Shown piece after piece: positions 1-9,610 of a DNA stretch of 20,000 bases; positions within the stretch are counted from its first letter, which is position 1; each line of letters starts with the position of its first letter. The notes beneath the pieces were generated by a model. It saw nothing but the letters and a program-made list of their open reading frames with translations. It was not told the DNA's origin and did not search any database. Source of the DNA: an uncultured virus (IMG/VR IMGVR_UViG_3300020358_000003) (lineage: Duplodnaviria > Heunggongvirae > Uroviricota > Caudoviricetes); IMG/VR virus record IMGVR_UViG_3300020358_000003; one strand, 5' to 3'. The position numbers and the translations under genes were made by a program.

Positions 1-96
1 TTTGAACTTCCAATAGGCATTTCCACTTGAGAATTTTCCATCCTCTTCATGTGAGCCATAATTTTCCAGAACTTGTGTGTGAACTACAAAAGTCAT
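1..96 (-). CDS. Hypothetical phage protein, N-terminal part only (runs off the window)
   Basis: Manual translation from ATG at 96: MTFVVHTQVLENYGSHEEDGKFSSGNAYWKFK, open to the window edge; purine-rich AAAGAGAGAA just upstream on the - strand. Confidence 0.7.
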   Translation of the reverse strand, partial: MTFVVHTQVLENYGSHEEDGKFSSGNAYWKFK

Positions 97-156
97 ATGA
101 TTCTCTCTTTCTATTGATTACAATTATAATTACTATAAGTTTATGGGTATGTCAAG

Positions 157-164
157 TATAAATA
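157..164 (+). promoter_or_regulatory. T4-type late promoter (gp55-dependent)
   Basis: Exact TATAAATA, intergenic, 34 nt upstream of a structural gene. Confidence 0.8.
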
Positions 165-166
165 CA

Positions 167-196
167 GATATAAACGGATATAATTGGATATAATCG
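167..196 (+). repeat. Three tandem 10-bp direct repeats GATATAA(A/T)(C/T)G
   Basis: GATATAAACG GATATAATTG GATATAATCG, followed by GATG containing the gp3 start codon. Confidence 0.75.
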
Positions 197-197
197 G

Positions 198-701
198 ATG
201 GCAACAGTTACCACAAATATGAACTATCTTCAGCCTACTAATTTTAAGGTAGTTATAAATCACAAAACTTTTGGGAACCTTGAGTTTTTTGCTCAAAGGA
301 TTATCCATCCAGGAGTAAGTGTTCAAGCAGCAAATGTTCCATACAAAAGAATTTCAAGTATTTCAATTCCCGGTGATACGCTTACTTTTGAAGATTTGGC
401 AATGGATATTTTAGTTGATGAAAATATGCAAACTTATATTGAAGTTTTTAACTTATTGAGTTCTTTGGTTGAAACCAAATATAAATCGCCTATTACTAAA
501 GCAGTAACTGCCAGTATAACACAAGAATTAGACATAACTTTAACCATAACTAGTAGTCACAATAATGTTGTAAGAACAATTAGATATATTGATTGTGTTC
601 CCACTAGCATTGGTACAGTTTTGATGGAAGCGACTTCTGAAACATCGCCTGTAATTACCTTTCCAGTAAACTTTAAGATCGGATATTACGAGATAAAATA
701 G
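198..701 (+). CDS. gp3: Tail completion / tail tube terminator protein (T4 gp3-like)
   Basis: NYLQPTNFK start, tube-protein-like PG..L.FEDL...LVDENM.TY.E and C-terminal F.V.F pattern; position before uvsY-uvsW as in marine T4-like phages; late promoter upstream. Confidence 0.75.
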   Translation: MATVTTNMNYLQPTNFKVVINHKTFGNLEFFAQRIIHPGVSVQAANVPYKRISSISIPGDTLTFEDLAMDILVDENMQTYIEVFNLLSSLVETKYKSPITKAVTASITQELDITLTITSSHNNVVRTIRYIDCVPTSIGTVLMEATSETSPVITFPVNFKIGYYEIK

Positions 702-736
702 ACCTATATATTGTTAATACATTATGGAGAATATGA

Positions 737-1183
737 TTGCTTAACCTTGAAGAAATACTTGAACATTGGTCAAACGACTGTAATATTGATGAACATAATC
801 TAGATAAATCTAGTGTGGACATTGCAAAACTACATGCAAAATATTTACAATTACTTTCTGTATATAAACTTCAAAAGAAAAAGTCTGAGATGAATCAAAA
901 AATTCTTCTCAAGGATAAGTGGTTATATTATAATGGTAAGATGACTGAACAGCAAATCATTGAAAAGAATTGGGAGTTTGACCCATTTGATGGTATGAAA
1001 ATTATGAAGGGTGATATGAACCATTATTACGATTCTGATCCAGATATTCAGAAAAGTGAAGAAAAAATAATCTATTATAAAACATTGATTGAAACCCTAC
1101 AAGAAATTGTAGAGACTTTGCGCTGGCGGCATCAAACAATTAGTAATATAATCAAATGGAAGGTATATCAAAGCGGTGGATAA
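737..1183 (+). CDS. uvsY: Recombination mediator UvsY
   Basis: W..D..ID...LD..S....KLHAKY, KW.YY.GK, C-terminal R...I.N.I.W...GG; directly upstream of uvsW; TTG start with GGAGA RBS. Confidence 0.9.
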   Translation: MLNLEEILEHWSNDCNIDEHNLDKSSVDIAKLHAKYLQLLSVYKLQKKKSEMNQKILLKDKWLYYNGKMTEQQIIEKNWEFDPFDGMKIMKGDMNHYYDSDPDIQKSEEKIIYYKTLIETLQEIVETLRWRHQTISNIIKWKVYQSGG

Positions 1184-2681
1184 GATAGTAGTGCAGAAGA
1201 AGAATGAATGCTCTCTTCTGTTAGGTTGTGACAATGGTATCATTCAAGAACTAAATGAATATTTTTCATTTTTTGTTCCAGGATATAAGTACATGCCAAA
1301 ATATAAATCAAAGATGTGGGATGGTAAGATAAAGATATTTAATGCTTTATCTCATGAATTGCCAGCAGGTTTGTTACATCAACTTAAAATATTCTCTAAG
1401 GAAAGAGGGTATGAATTAGACTATGAAGATGGTGAGTATGGACCACCAGAAGTTTTTAATAAAATAAACCCTAAAGAAATTATGAATTTTATTGAAGGTT
1501 TGAATTTAAGGAGTCGTGGTGAACCGATATCTATAAGAAGTTATCAATTTGATGCTGTGTGTTCTGCTATAAGAGAAAGAAGGTCTCTTTTACTATCACC
1601 AACTGGATCAGGTAAATCTTTAATTATCTATGTACTCATGCGTTGGTACATGGAAAATCATCACGATAATGTTTTGGTTATTGTTCCAACCACTTCACTT
1701 GTTCAGCAGATGTTTGCAGATTTTAGTGATTATTCATCACACGATGATAGTGTTAATATAGAAAATGATTGTCATTTTATTTATTCTGGTCAAGCAAAAA
1801 ATGGAATAAAAGAAAGAATAATTATATCAACATGGCAGTCAATTTATAAGTTACCTGCAACATGGTTTTCTAATTTTGGTGTAATTTTTGGGGATGAGTG
1901 TCATGGTTTTAAATCAAAATCTTTAACATCTATTATGAATAAGAGTAGAAATACTGGATACAGATTTGGAACTACTGGAACTTTAGATGGGACTGAAACA
2001 CATAAATTAGTATTAGAGGGATTGTTTGGTAAGGTAATAAAGGTAACCACTACAAAAAAATTGCAAGACGATTCAACATTAGCACCCCTTGAAATATATT
2101 TATTGAAATTAGAATATGATGAGGCTGATTGTTTTCAAAACGTAGGTAACACCTATGCCCAAGAAATTAATTGGATTGTTCTAAATGAAAAAAGAAATAA
2201 ATTTATTCGCAATTTAGCATTAGATATGAATGGTAATACTTTAGTATTATTTCAATTTGTGGAAAAACATGGTAAGGTACTTTATGATCTGATTTGTGAT
2301 AAAAAGGAAGATAAAAGAAAAGTATTTTTTGTTTCTGGTGCTACAGAAGCAACAGACAGAGAAGCGATTAGAAAAATTGTAGAAAGTCAAAAAGACTCAA
2401 TCATCGTCGCATCTCTAGGAACCTTTAGTACTGGTATAAATATTAGGAACTTACATAACATAGTATTTGCTTCTCCAAGTAAATCCCAAATTAGAGTATT
2501 ACAAAGTGTTGGGAGAGGACTGAGAAAAAGTGATGATGGAAGAATTACTAAATTATATGATATCGTAGATGATTTGAGACACAAAAAGAAATTAAATTAT
2601 GCTTTACTTCATGGGGAAGAACGATTGAAAATATATAAAAAAGAACAATTCAATTTTAAAAGGTATGAGGTCCGATTATGA
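1176..2681 (+). CDS. uvsW: SF2 DNA/RNA-DNA helicase UvsW
   Basis: Walker A SPTGSGKS, DECH, TGT, STGINI, QSVGRGLR; N-terminal WDGKI motif; 501 aa. Confidence 0.96.
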   Translation: MDKIVVQKKNECSLLLGCDNGIIQELNEYFSFFVPGYKYMPKYKSKMWDGKIKIFNALSHELPAGLLHQLKIFSKERGYELDYEDGEYGPPEVFNKINPKEIMNFIEGLNLRSRGEPISIRSYQFDAVCSAIRERRSLLLSPTGSGKSLIIYVLMRWYMENHHDNVLVIVPTTSLVQQMFADFSDYSSHDDSVNIENDCHFIYSGQAKNGIKERIIISTWQSIYKLPATWFSNFGVIFGDECHGFKSKSLTSIMNKSRNTGYRFGTTGTLDGTETHKLVLEGLFGKVIKVTTTKKLQDDSTLAPLEIYLLKLEYDEADCFQNVGNTYAQEINWIVLNEKRNKFIRNLALDMNGNTLVLFQFVEKHGKVLYDLICDKKEDKRKVFFVSGATEATDREAIRKIVESQKDSIIVASLGTFSTGINIRNLHNIVFASPSKSQIRVLQSVGRGLRKSDDGRITKLYDIVDDLRHKKKLNYALLHGEERLKIYKKEQFNFKRYEVRL

Positions 2682-3112
2682 GTTATAAAGAACTTAAAGA
2701 TTTTGATAAAGTAAAACAGATAAAGATTTCTTCTGGTGATGAAATTTTATGTGAAATAATGGATATTACGGATGAAGAACTTATAGTTCGTCACGCCCTT
2801 CAAATCTGTAAAATTGAAGTTGATGCCAGTAGAAGTTATGGTATGTTAAAACCTTGGATTTCGTTTCAAGAGCAAACACAAGAATTAGTATCATTAAACG
2901 ACATGCATATTGTTGCTATTGCTACACCTAGTGAAGATTTAATAGTTCAATTTGGTAACGCCATTAAAGGTAATAATAGCGATGAAGATTTTGATGTTGA
3001 TACTTGGATGGATAGATTGTATAATAAAAAAGAAAGTTTAGAAGTTAATTTTAGTGAGATGCTTGATAGTGATGAAAATATCATCAGTTTTCCATCTGGA
3101 TACAAACATTGA
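2678..3112 (+). CDS. Conserved T4-like hypothetical protein (possible Sm-like beta-barrel, acidic tail)
   Basis: IKISSGDEILCE...LKPW pattern of the small ORF commonly found between uvsW and gp55; ATGA overlap with uvsW. Confidence 0.7.
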   Translation: MSYKELKDFDKVKQIKISSGDEILCEIMDITDEELIVRHALQICKIEVDASRSYGMLKPWISFQEQTQELVSLNDMHIVAIATPSEDLIVQFGNAIKGNNSDEDFDVDTWMDRLYNKKESLEVNFSEMLDSDENIISFPSGYKH

Positions 3113-3137
3113 TTCCCCCCCATAAAGGATACTCCTT

Positions 3138-3166
3138 ATTATACACATAACTTATGATTCTGTCAA
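3138..3166 (-). promoter_or_regulatory. Consensus sigma70 promoter on the - strand (antisense to the uvsW region)
   Basis: - strand reads TTGACA-gaatcataagttatgtg (17 nt)-TATAAT. Confidence 0.75.
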
Positions 3167-3189
3167 CCCCTAAAATAAAATAATTATGC

Positions 3190-3218
3190 TTTACATTACC
3201 GTCTATTTGTGGTAGAAT
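3190..3218 (+). promoter_or_regulatory. sigma70-type early/middle promoter for gp55-47-46
   Basis: TTTACA-17 nt-TAGAAT with extended -10 TG. Confidence 0.7.
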
Positions 3219-3244
3219 GGTAGAAATATTAAGGAGTGAATTTG

Positions 3245-3841
3245 ATGCCAAAAGCAAAGTCTAAAAGTACGCATTATGTAGATAACAAAGAATTTTCCGC
3301 TAAAATAGTAGAATATGTTAAAACTATAAATGAAGCAAGAGATAATAATGAAGAATTGCCTGTAGTTCCAAATTATTTAGCATTATGTTTTTTAAGAATT
3401 GCTGAAAATCTTTCTCACAAATCTAATTTTATTAGGTATACCTATCGTGAAGAAATGGTTATGGACGCAGTAGAGAATTGTTTAAAGGCAGTAGAAAATT
3501 ATAATATTAATGCTGCTACTAGAAGTGGTAAACCAAACGCCTTTGCTTATTTCACTCAAATTATTTGGTATGCATTTCTAAGAAGAATTGCCAAAGAGAA
3601 AAAACAACAAGATATTAAAGAAAAATATATGTCCCAATCTGGCATAGAAGCATTCCTTGTGACTGAAACTGGTGAAGCATCAACTGGCGTTGCGACACAC
3701 TTCATTGACGTTCTCAAAGACCGAATTGACAAAGTAAAAGAATACGACACAGAAATAAAAGAATTTGGTAAGGTTGAAAGGCAACAAAGAAAAAAAAGAA
3801 CAGTTAATGTTGATTCCGATTTGAAAGACTTTTTAGAATGA
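3245..3841 (+). CDS. gp55: Late transcription sigma factor gp55
   Basis: HYVDNKEF, NF..YTYREEMVMDAVENC, NAFAYFTQI.WYAFLRRI.KEK. ATG 3245 preferred over GTG 3236 because of AAGGAG at 3231-3236. Confidence 0.95.
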   Translation: MPKAKSKSTHYVDNKEFSAKIVEYVKTINEARDNNEELPVVPNYLALCFLRIAENLSHKSNFIRYTYREEMVMDAVENCLKAVENYNINAATRSGKPNAFAYFTQIIWYAFLRRIAKEKKQQDIKEKYMSQSGIEAFLVTETGEASTGVATHFIDVLKDRIDKVKEYDTEIKEFGKVERQQRKKRTVNVDSDLKDFLE

Positions 3842-4899
3842 AATTATTAATACTGAACGATACACATACAGGTATAAGAAATGCCTCTGATATTTTTTTA
3901 GATAATGCTGCAAAATTTTATAAAGAAATTTTATTTCCGCATTGTGACGATCATAATATCAAGCAGATATTACACTTGGGTGATTATTATGATCATCGTA
4001 AGTTTATAAATTTTAAGGCACTGACACACAATCGCAAGAGTTTTCTAAATCCTATGCGAGAGCGTGGCATGACTATGGATATTATTCCGGGTAATCACGA
4101 CACATATTTCAAGAACACCAATGATTTAAATTCACTCAAAGAACTATTGGGTCATTATATGAATGAAATTCATATTGTTATGAAACCCACAGTAATGAAC
4201 TATGGTGGTCTTGACGTTGCGTTACTACCATGGATCACCAGTGAAAACTGTTCAGAATCTATGAATTTTGTTAAAAATTGCAAAGCATCATTCCTTGCTG
4301 GTCATTTAGAATTATCTGGTTTTGATATGATGAGAGGAATTCAAAATAAACATGGAATGGATAAAGAAGCGTTCTCTAGGTTTGAGTTAGTTTTATCTGG
4401 TCATTATCATACCAAATCTCAAAAAAATAACATTATGTATCTGGGTACGCAGATGGAATTTTTCTGGTCAGATGCACATGATCCAAAACATTTTCATGTT
4501 TTAGATACTGAAACTCGCGAGATTGAAGCAATCGTTAATCCATTCACATTATTTGAAAAGATAATCTATGATGATACAAAAACAGACTATAGTAATTATA
4601 ATGTAGACCATTTAGATAATAAATTTGTAAAATTAGTTGTGATCAATAAATCTAACCCCTTTACATTTGATAAATTATGTGATAAAATAACAGATAGAAA
4701 AATACATGAATTAAAAATTGCTGAGAATTTTGACGAATTTATAGGTGAAAGAGTTGGTGATGAGGGTGTATCTGTAGAGGATACTACCACCCTTCTTGAT
4801 AGTTACATTGATAATGTTGACACTGAATTAGATAAGTCTAGAATTAAAATTGAAATGAGAAACTTATTGACTGAAGCACAGGCACTTGAAATCGCATGA
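3838..4899 (+). CDS. gp47: Recombination nuclease gp47 (Mre11/SbcD-like)
   Basis: Metallophosphoesterase motifs DTH, LGDYYD, GNHD, GHL, SGHYH; precedes gp46. Confidence 0.95.
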   Translation: MKLLILNDTHTGIRNASDIFLDNAAKFYKEILFPHCDDHNIKQILHLGDYYDHRKFINFKALTHNRKSFLNPMRERGMTMDIIPGNHDTYFKNTNDLNSLKELLGHYMNEIHIVMKPTVMNYGGLDVALLPWITSENCSESMNFVKNCKASFLAGHLELSGFDMMRGIQNKHGMDKEAFSRFELVLSGHYHTKSQKNNIMYLGTQMEFFWSDAHDPKHFHVLDTETREIEAIVNPFTLFEKIIYDDTKTDYSNYNVDHLDNKFVKLVVINKSNPFTFDKLCDKITDRKIHELKIAENFDEFIGERVGDEGVSVEDTTTLLDSYIDNVDTELDKSRIKIEMRNLLTEAQALEIA

Positions 4900-6611
4900 T
4901 AATATTTAAATCGTTGAAGTATAAAAATTTCCTATCAACTGGAGATAATTGGACTGAAATAAAATTAAATAATTCTAAGTCCACTCTCATTGTAGGAATA
5001 AACGGCGCAGGTAAATCAACCATGCTGGACGCCATATCATTTGGGCTATTTGGTAAACCTCATCGTGGTATAAATAAACCTCAATTAGTTAATACAATTA
5101 ATAATAAAGATTGTGTAGTTGAAGTTGCATTTTCAATAGGTAGTAAAGACTTCAAAATTGTTCGCGGAATAAAACCAAATCTTTTTGAGATTTGGACAAA
5201 TGGTAATATGATTGATCAATCATCTCACGCTAAAGAGTATCAAAAAATATTAGAACAAAATATTTTAAAATTAAATCATAAATCTTTCCATCAGATTGTA
5301 GTATTAGGTAGCAGTTCTTTTATTCCATTTATGCAACTGCCAGCACAACACCGTAGGGATGTTATTGAAGACTTATTGGATATTAACGTCTTTTCTAAAA
5401 TGAATACTATTCTAAAAGAAAAAACTTCTTTATTACGCGAAAATTTAAAGGACATAAAATATACCATAGATTTGACTGAAAACCAGATAAAAACTCAAAA
5501 GAAATATATTAATGACATAACCACACTAAATGATGATTTTATAGAAAAAAGAAATACTGATATATCTAATTTAATTTCTGAGCGTGAAGAACTGGAAAGC
5601 GATAATGAAATATGTCAAAAGTTTATAGATGAAAATCAGAAAACTATGCAAGAGGAATTAGATAATGCGAATGATAAAAAGCAAGCGTTGCTCCAGTATC
5701 AAGCCCAATTCCAAACAAAAATCAAAAGATTGGTAAAGGAGAGCAAGTTTTATGAACAAAACGAAACATGCCCAACTTGTACCCAGAGTATTGACGAAAG
5801 TGTTAGATCAGAGAACCTTAAATCCGCAAAGGCCAAAGCAAAAGAATTTCAGCAAGCAATGGACCATGGACTTAAAGAGTCGGCTGCTGTGGAACAGATT
5901 ATTGAAAGGTACACTGAGTTGGCAGAAAAGATTAGACAACAAATGTCAACTATATCTTCTAACAATAACACAATCACACGGTTCCAAAGACAAGTACAAT
6001 CTTACCAAAATGAACTAAACCAACTTTCTGATCAAACTGGAGATTTGTCAAAGGCAAATATTGAATTAAAAGATTTAGAAGAAAAAAAAGAAATATCAAA
6101 TAATACGAGGTATGAGATAAACGAATCACATACCTATAATAACGTCATGGGTGAAATGCTTAAAGATACTGGAATTAAGACCAAAGTAATTAAACAATAT
6201 TTACCTGTAATTAATAATTTGGTCAATAAATATTTACAGACCTTAGACTTTTTCGTACACTTTGATCTAGATGAATCTTTTCAAGAGACCATTCGCTCAA
6301 GACATAGAGATGCCTTTTCATACGACTCTTTTAGTGAAGGTGAGAAACAGCGTATTGATTTGGCACTTTTGTTCACTTGGAGAATGATTGCTAAGATGAA
6401 AAATTCTGTCGCGACCAATCTTCTAATTTTAGATGAAACTTTTGATTCATCTTTGGACCATGACGGTGTTGACAATCTTATGAAAATACTATATACTCTC
6501 GGTGAAGATACTAACGTGTTTGTAATATCGCATAAAGGAGAAATTCTTGATGGGAAATTTGAAAACAGATTGGAGTTTTATAAAGAAAAAAACTTTAGTA
6601 GGATGAAGTAA
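4896..6611 (+). CDS. gp46: Recombination ATPase gp46 (Rad50/SbcC-like)
   Basis: Walker A GINGAGKST, coiled coil with CPTC zinc hook, FSEGEK signature, LILDE Walker B, ISH. Confidence 0.96.
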   Translation: MIIFKSLKYKNFLSTGDNWTEIKLNNSKSTLIVGINGAGKSTMLDAISFGLFGKPHRGINKPQLVNTINNKDCVVEVAFSIGSKDFKIVRGIKPNLFEIWTNGNMIDQSSHAKEYQKILEQNILKLNHKSFHQIVVLGSSSFIPFMQLPAQHRRDVIEDLLDINVFSKMNTILKEKTSLLRENLKDIKYTIDLTENQIKTQKKYINDITTLNDDFIEKRNTDISNLISEREELESDNEICQKFIDENQKTMQEELDNANDKKQALLQYQAQFQTKIKRLVKESKFYEQNETCPTCTQSIDESVRSENLKSAKAKAKEFQQAMDHGLKESAAVEQIIERYTELAEKIRQQMSTISSNNNTITRFQRQVQSYQNELNQLSDQTGDLSKANIELKDLEEKKEISNNTRYEINESHTYNNVMGEMLKDTGIKTKVIKQYLPVINNLVNKYLQTLDFFVHFDLDESFQETIRSRHRDAFSYDSFSEGEKQRIDLALLFTWRMIAKMKNSVATNLLILDETFDSSLDHDGVDNLMKILYTLGEDTNVFVISHKGEILDGKFENRLEFYKEKNFSRMK

Positions 6612-6615
6612 GAGG

Positions 6616-6644
6616 TTGACTAATTATTTATAATATGTTATAAT
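6616..6644 (+). promoter_or_regulatory. sigma70-type promoter for the gp45-44-62 operon
   Basis: TTGACT-17 nt-TATAAT with extended -10 TG. Confidence 0.85.
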
Positions 6645-6673
6645 CACAGAAATGAAACAATGGAGATTAAATT

Positions 6674-7360
6674 ATGAGAGAAGTGATTAGCGAAGCTACA
6701 ATTCAAGTATTGAAGAACTTCGCATCTATTAATTCAAATATTGTTATTGAAAATGGCAGCAGTATTAGAACTATTTCAGAAGCAAAAAATATTCTGGCAA
6801 AAGCGGAAGTTGAGCAAACATTTCCCCAAAGGTTTGGAATTTATGATCTAAGCGAATTTCTTGGAGTACTTGGTTTGGTTGACACGCCAGTATTGGATTT
6901 CGCTGGAGATTATGTGACTATTGGAGATTCTACTGGTAGATCAAATATCAAGTATTTTTTCTCTGATCCAGACATGCTGACAACATCTACAAAAGATGTA
7001 AAGATGCCAGAAGGTGACGTTAAATTTCGCCTAGATATGGATACATTAAATAAACTAAAACGAGCGGCATCCGCACTAGGTCACTCAGAATTGATCATTG
7101 AATCTAGTGGAAATGACGGTCTTGCGAAATTGACGGTAACGACAACTGATAATTCTACAGCGAATACTTTTTCTATTGATATTCCTGTTGAAGAAAATTC
7201 AAGTAGTTATAAGTTTGTGTATAACATTAACAACTTGAAAATTTTAACTGGTAATTATGATGTGGAGATTTCATCAAAATTGATTTCAAAATTAACTAAT
7301 ACTGAAACTAAATTGCAATACTGGATTGCACTTGAAAAAACATCTACTTATGGAGAGTAA
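6674..7360 (+). CDS. gp45: Sliding clamp gp45
   Basis: LKNFASIN, FGIYDL.EFL, C-terminal YWIALE; 228 aa; synteny; GGAG RBS. Confidence 0.95.
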   Translation: MREVISEATIQVLKNFASINSNIVIENGSSIRTISEAKNILAKAEVEQTFPQRFGIYDLSEFLGVLGLVDTPVLDFAGDYVTIGDSTGRSNIKYFFSDPDMLTTSTKDVKMPEGDVKFRLDMDTLNKLKRAASALGHSELIIESSGNDGLAKLTVTTTDNSTANTFSIDIPVEENSSSYKFVYNINNLKILTGNYDVEISSKLISKLTNTETKLQYWIALEKTSTYGE

Positions 7361-7366
7361 TTAAAA

Positions 7367-7585
7367 ATGGCTGACGATAAAAATAAAAAAGTTGAAGACC
7401 CAAATAAAAAAGCATATGATCTTATGAATCAAATTTCTCGCAGCGCGATTGCAGTAATTGATACCGTAACTCAGCGCGGTGGTTTTCGTGGTGAAGAACT
7501 ATCAACGATTGGGCAGTTGAGAGATCAGTGTACTCAAGGTGTACAGATTGTTGAAAACTATAAGCAAGAGCAAGCAGAAGAATAG
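7367..7585 (+). CDS. Small hypothetical protein
   Basis: 72-aa ORF with GGAG RBS; ID....RG.F.GEEL..IG.LR motif; fills the gap between gp45 and gp44. Confidence 0.75.
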   Translation: MADDKNKKVEDPNKKAYDLMNQISRSAIAVIDTVTQRGGFRGEELSTIGQLRDQCTQGVQIVENYKQEQAEE

Positions 7586-7608
7586 ATATTAAAGGATAGA
7601 TTTATATA

Positions 7609-8574
7609 ATGAATACTCAGAGTGACTTCTGTAATACAAATGAATTTCTGTGGGTGGAGAAGTACCGCCCACAGAAAATTGAAAGAACTATCCTACCAAA
7701 AGAACTAAAGCAAAATCTACAAAAAATCGTTGAGACCGCCGAAATTCCTAACATGCTATTTACTGGAACCGCTGGTCTCGGCAAAACAACAGTTGCCAAA
7801 GCATTATGTAATACATTAGGTTTGGATTACATAATAATTAATGGCTCTGAAGATGGTAATATTGATACCTTGCGTGGCAAGATCAAACAATTTGCTTCTA
7901 CTGTATCATTGCAAGGTGGTTATAAGGTTGTGATCTTAGATGAGGCAGACTACCTCAATCCACAATCAACTCAACCTGCTTTGCGTGGATTTATAGAAGA
8001 ATTTAGCAACAATTGTCGCTTTATAATGACATGCAATTTTAAGAATAGAATTATTGAACCTTTACATTCCAGATGTGGTGTATATGAGTTTAATACGACT
8101 AAAAAAGAAATGGCTGGTCTTTGTGGGGATTTTCTTAAACACGCTAGAAATATTCTTGAACAAGAGAATGTAAAATTTGAAGATCAAGACCTTGTTAATA
8201 TTATTATGAAACATGCTCCTGATTGGAGAAGGGTTTTAAATGAAACACAAAGACGATCTATGGGTGGTATTCTTAGTGGGAATAGTTCTAGTAATACTGG
8301 TATTAATGAAATTGACTCTCTCTTAAAGTTCATCAAAGACAAAGACTTTAAGAAAATGCGTTCTTGGGTGGTCAATAATATTGATACGGATAGTTCTGCT
8401 ATTTTTAGGGGAATTTATGATAAAATGTCAAATCATATAAAACCACACGCTATCCCTCAAGTTGTGTTAATTCTTGCAGAATATCAATATAAAAATGCTT
8501 TTGTTGCTGATTTAGAAATCAATACAGTTGCGTGTCTAACTGAAATAATGGCAAATGTGGAGTTCATAGAATGA
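7609..8574 (+). CDS. gp44: Clamp loader large subunit gp44 (AAA+)
   Basis: LWVEKYRP, GTAGLGKTT, ILDEAD, SRC motif. Confidence 0.96.
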   Translation: MNTQSDFCNTNEFLWVEKYRPQKIERTILPKELKQNLQKIVETAEIPNMLFTGTAGLGKTTVAKALCNTLGLDYIIINGSEDGNIDTLRGKIKQFASTVSLQGGYKVVILDEADYLNPQSTQPALRGFIEEFSNNCRFIMTCNFKNRIIEPLHSRCGVYEFNTTKKEMAGLCGDFLKHARNILEQENVKFEDQDLVNIIMKHAPDWRRVLNETQRRSMGGILSGNSSSNTGINEIDSLLKFIKDKDFKKMRSWVVNNIDTDSSAIFRGIYDKMSNHIKPHAIPQVVLILAEYQYKNAFVADLEINTVACLTEIMANVEFIE

Positions 8575-9182
8575 GTGTTGCTTATGAAGGATTAAATGAT
8601 TGTGTGATATATGACTTTGAAACACTTTCTGTTGATGTAAACAGAGGTGTTGTATTATCTTTAGGTCTGCTTACTTTCTCTAGGGCGAGATTTACAAATA
8701 ATCCATACAGTTATGAAGAACTTTTAGATGGTAGTGTTGGTATTAAATATGATGTTAAAAAACAAGTGGAAGTTTATGATCGTAAAATTTCAAAATCTAC
8801 ACTTGATTGGTGGAATAAACAGCCCAAAGAAACAACAGCAGCAGTGATGGTTCCATCAGAAAATGATAAAGATATTAGCGAAACCTATAACTTTTTTGTG
8901 CAGAATGTAAATATCAATAACCTAAAAACTGTGTTTTCTCGCGGAAATACCTTTGATATTCCTTTCTTTGAAGGTATCTTAAATGATACTGGTAAAAAAG
9001 TTCCTTATCCATTTTGGATGGTTCGTGATACAAGATCATTTCTTGATGGTTTGCTTTGGGGGTCTGGTGTTAAGAACGATTATATTCCAGAAGGATGTGC
9101 AGAAAAGTTTGTTAAACATGATGCGCGGCATGATTGTGTAATGGATGTAATGCGTATGCAAACAGTGATACAAAACCTATGA
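8571..9182 (+). CDS. dexA: DEDDh 3'-5' exonuclease, DexA-like
   Basis: DFETL (ExoI), TLDWW, RGNTFD (ExoII), RDTRS, HDARHD (ExoIII). Confidence 0.75.
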   Translation: MSVAYEGLNDCVIYDFETLSVDVNRGVVLSLGLLTFSRARFTNNPYSYEELLDGSVGIKYDVKKQVEVYDRKISKSTLDWWNKQPKETTAAVMVPSENDKDISETYNFFVQNVNINNLKTVFSRGNTFDIPFFEGILNDTGKKVPYPFWMVRDTRSFLDGLLWGSGVKNDYIPEGCAEKFVKHDARHDCVMDVMRMQTVIQNL

Positions 9183-9556
9183 ACCACTTTGATTATTTAA
9201 ACTCAATCAACCATAATAAAGGCGATATTATGGTTGATGATATCACTGAAAAATCATATAAATCATACTACATTAATAGATCGTTATCCTATTTTAATGA
9301 CACTATTCTTGCTGCAAACGAGATGAATAGGCACCATCATATTGATGGTAGGTTACAATATGATTTTATGCGTAATATTGTTAGGAAACGAAAGCGGTTT
9401 TCTAAATGGACTAAGGCTGATAAAATGGATGCTTTAGATTCAATTAAGGAGTATTATGGATACTCAAATCAAAGGGCAAGAGAAGTTCTAAAATTGATCC
9501 CCAAAGAGCATTTAGATCATATTAGATTTAAGTTGCGTAAGGGTGGTAAAAACTAA
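9179..9556 (+). CDS. gp62: Clamp loader small subunit gp62
   Basis: MNHFDYLNSIN, INRSLSY, ANEMN, QYDF, RKRFSKW, YYGYS; start at ATG 9179 overlapping the previous stop (ATGA). Confidence 0.93.
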   Translation: MNHFDYLNSINHNKGDIMVDDITEKSYKSYYINRSLSYFNDTILAANEMNRHHHIDGRLQYDFMRNIVRKRKRFSKWTKADKMDALDSIKEYYGYSNQRAREVLKLIPKEHLDHIRFKLRKGGKN

Positions 9557-9561
9557 AATTA

Positions 9562-9569
9562 TATAAATA
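9562..9569 (+). promoter_or_regulatory. T4-type late promoter upstream of regA and the island
   Basis: Exact intergenic TATAAATA. Confidence 0.7.
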
Positions 9570-9610
9570 CCATTGTCATTAATGAATATAACAAAAAAAG
9601 TGAGTTGACA

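Noticed and set aside
123..155. - strand TTGACA and TATAAT upstream of the leftward ORF
   Set aside because: Spacer is 21 nt; a promoter is plausible here but the boxes cannot be assigned.
2435..2442. TATAAATA inside uvsW (and another at 5069-5076 inside gp46)
   Set aside because: Fall in Gly-Ile-Asn codons far from any start; expected by chance in AT-rich DNA.
9134..9178. Longer gp62 start in the ORF track; likewise 14485 for hsp20, 14870 and 15456
   Set aside because: Downstream ATGs (9179, 14536, 14960, 15468) have RBS or stop-start coupling and match family N-termini where known.
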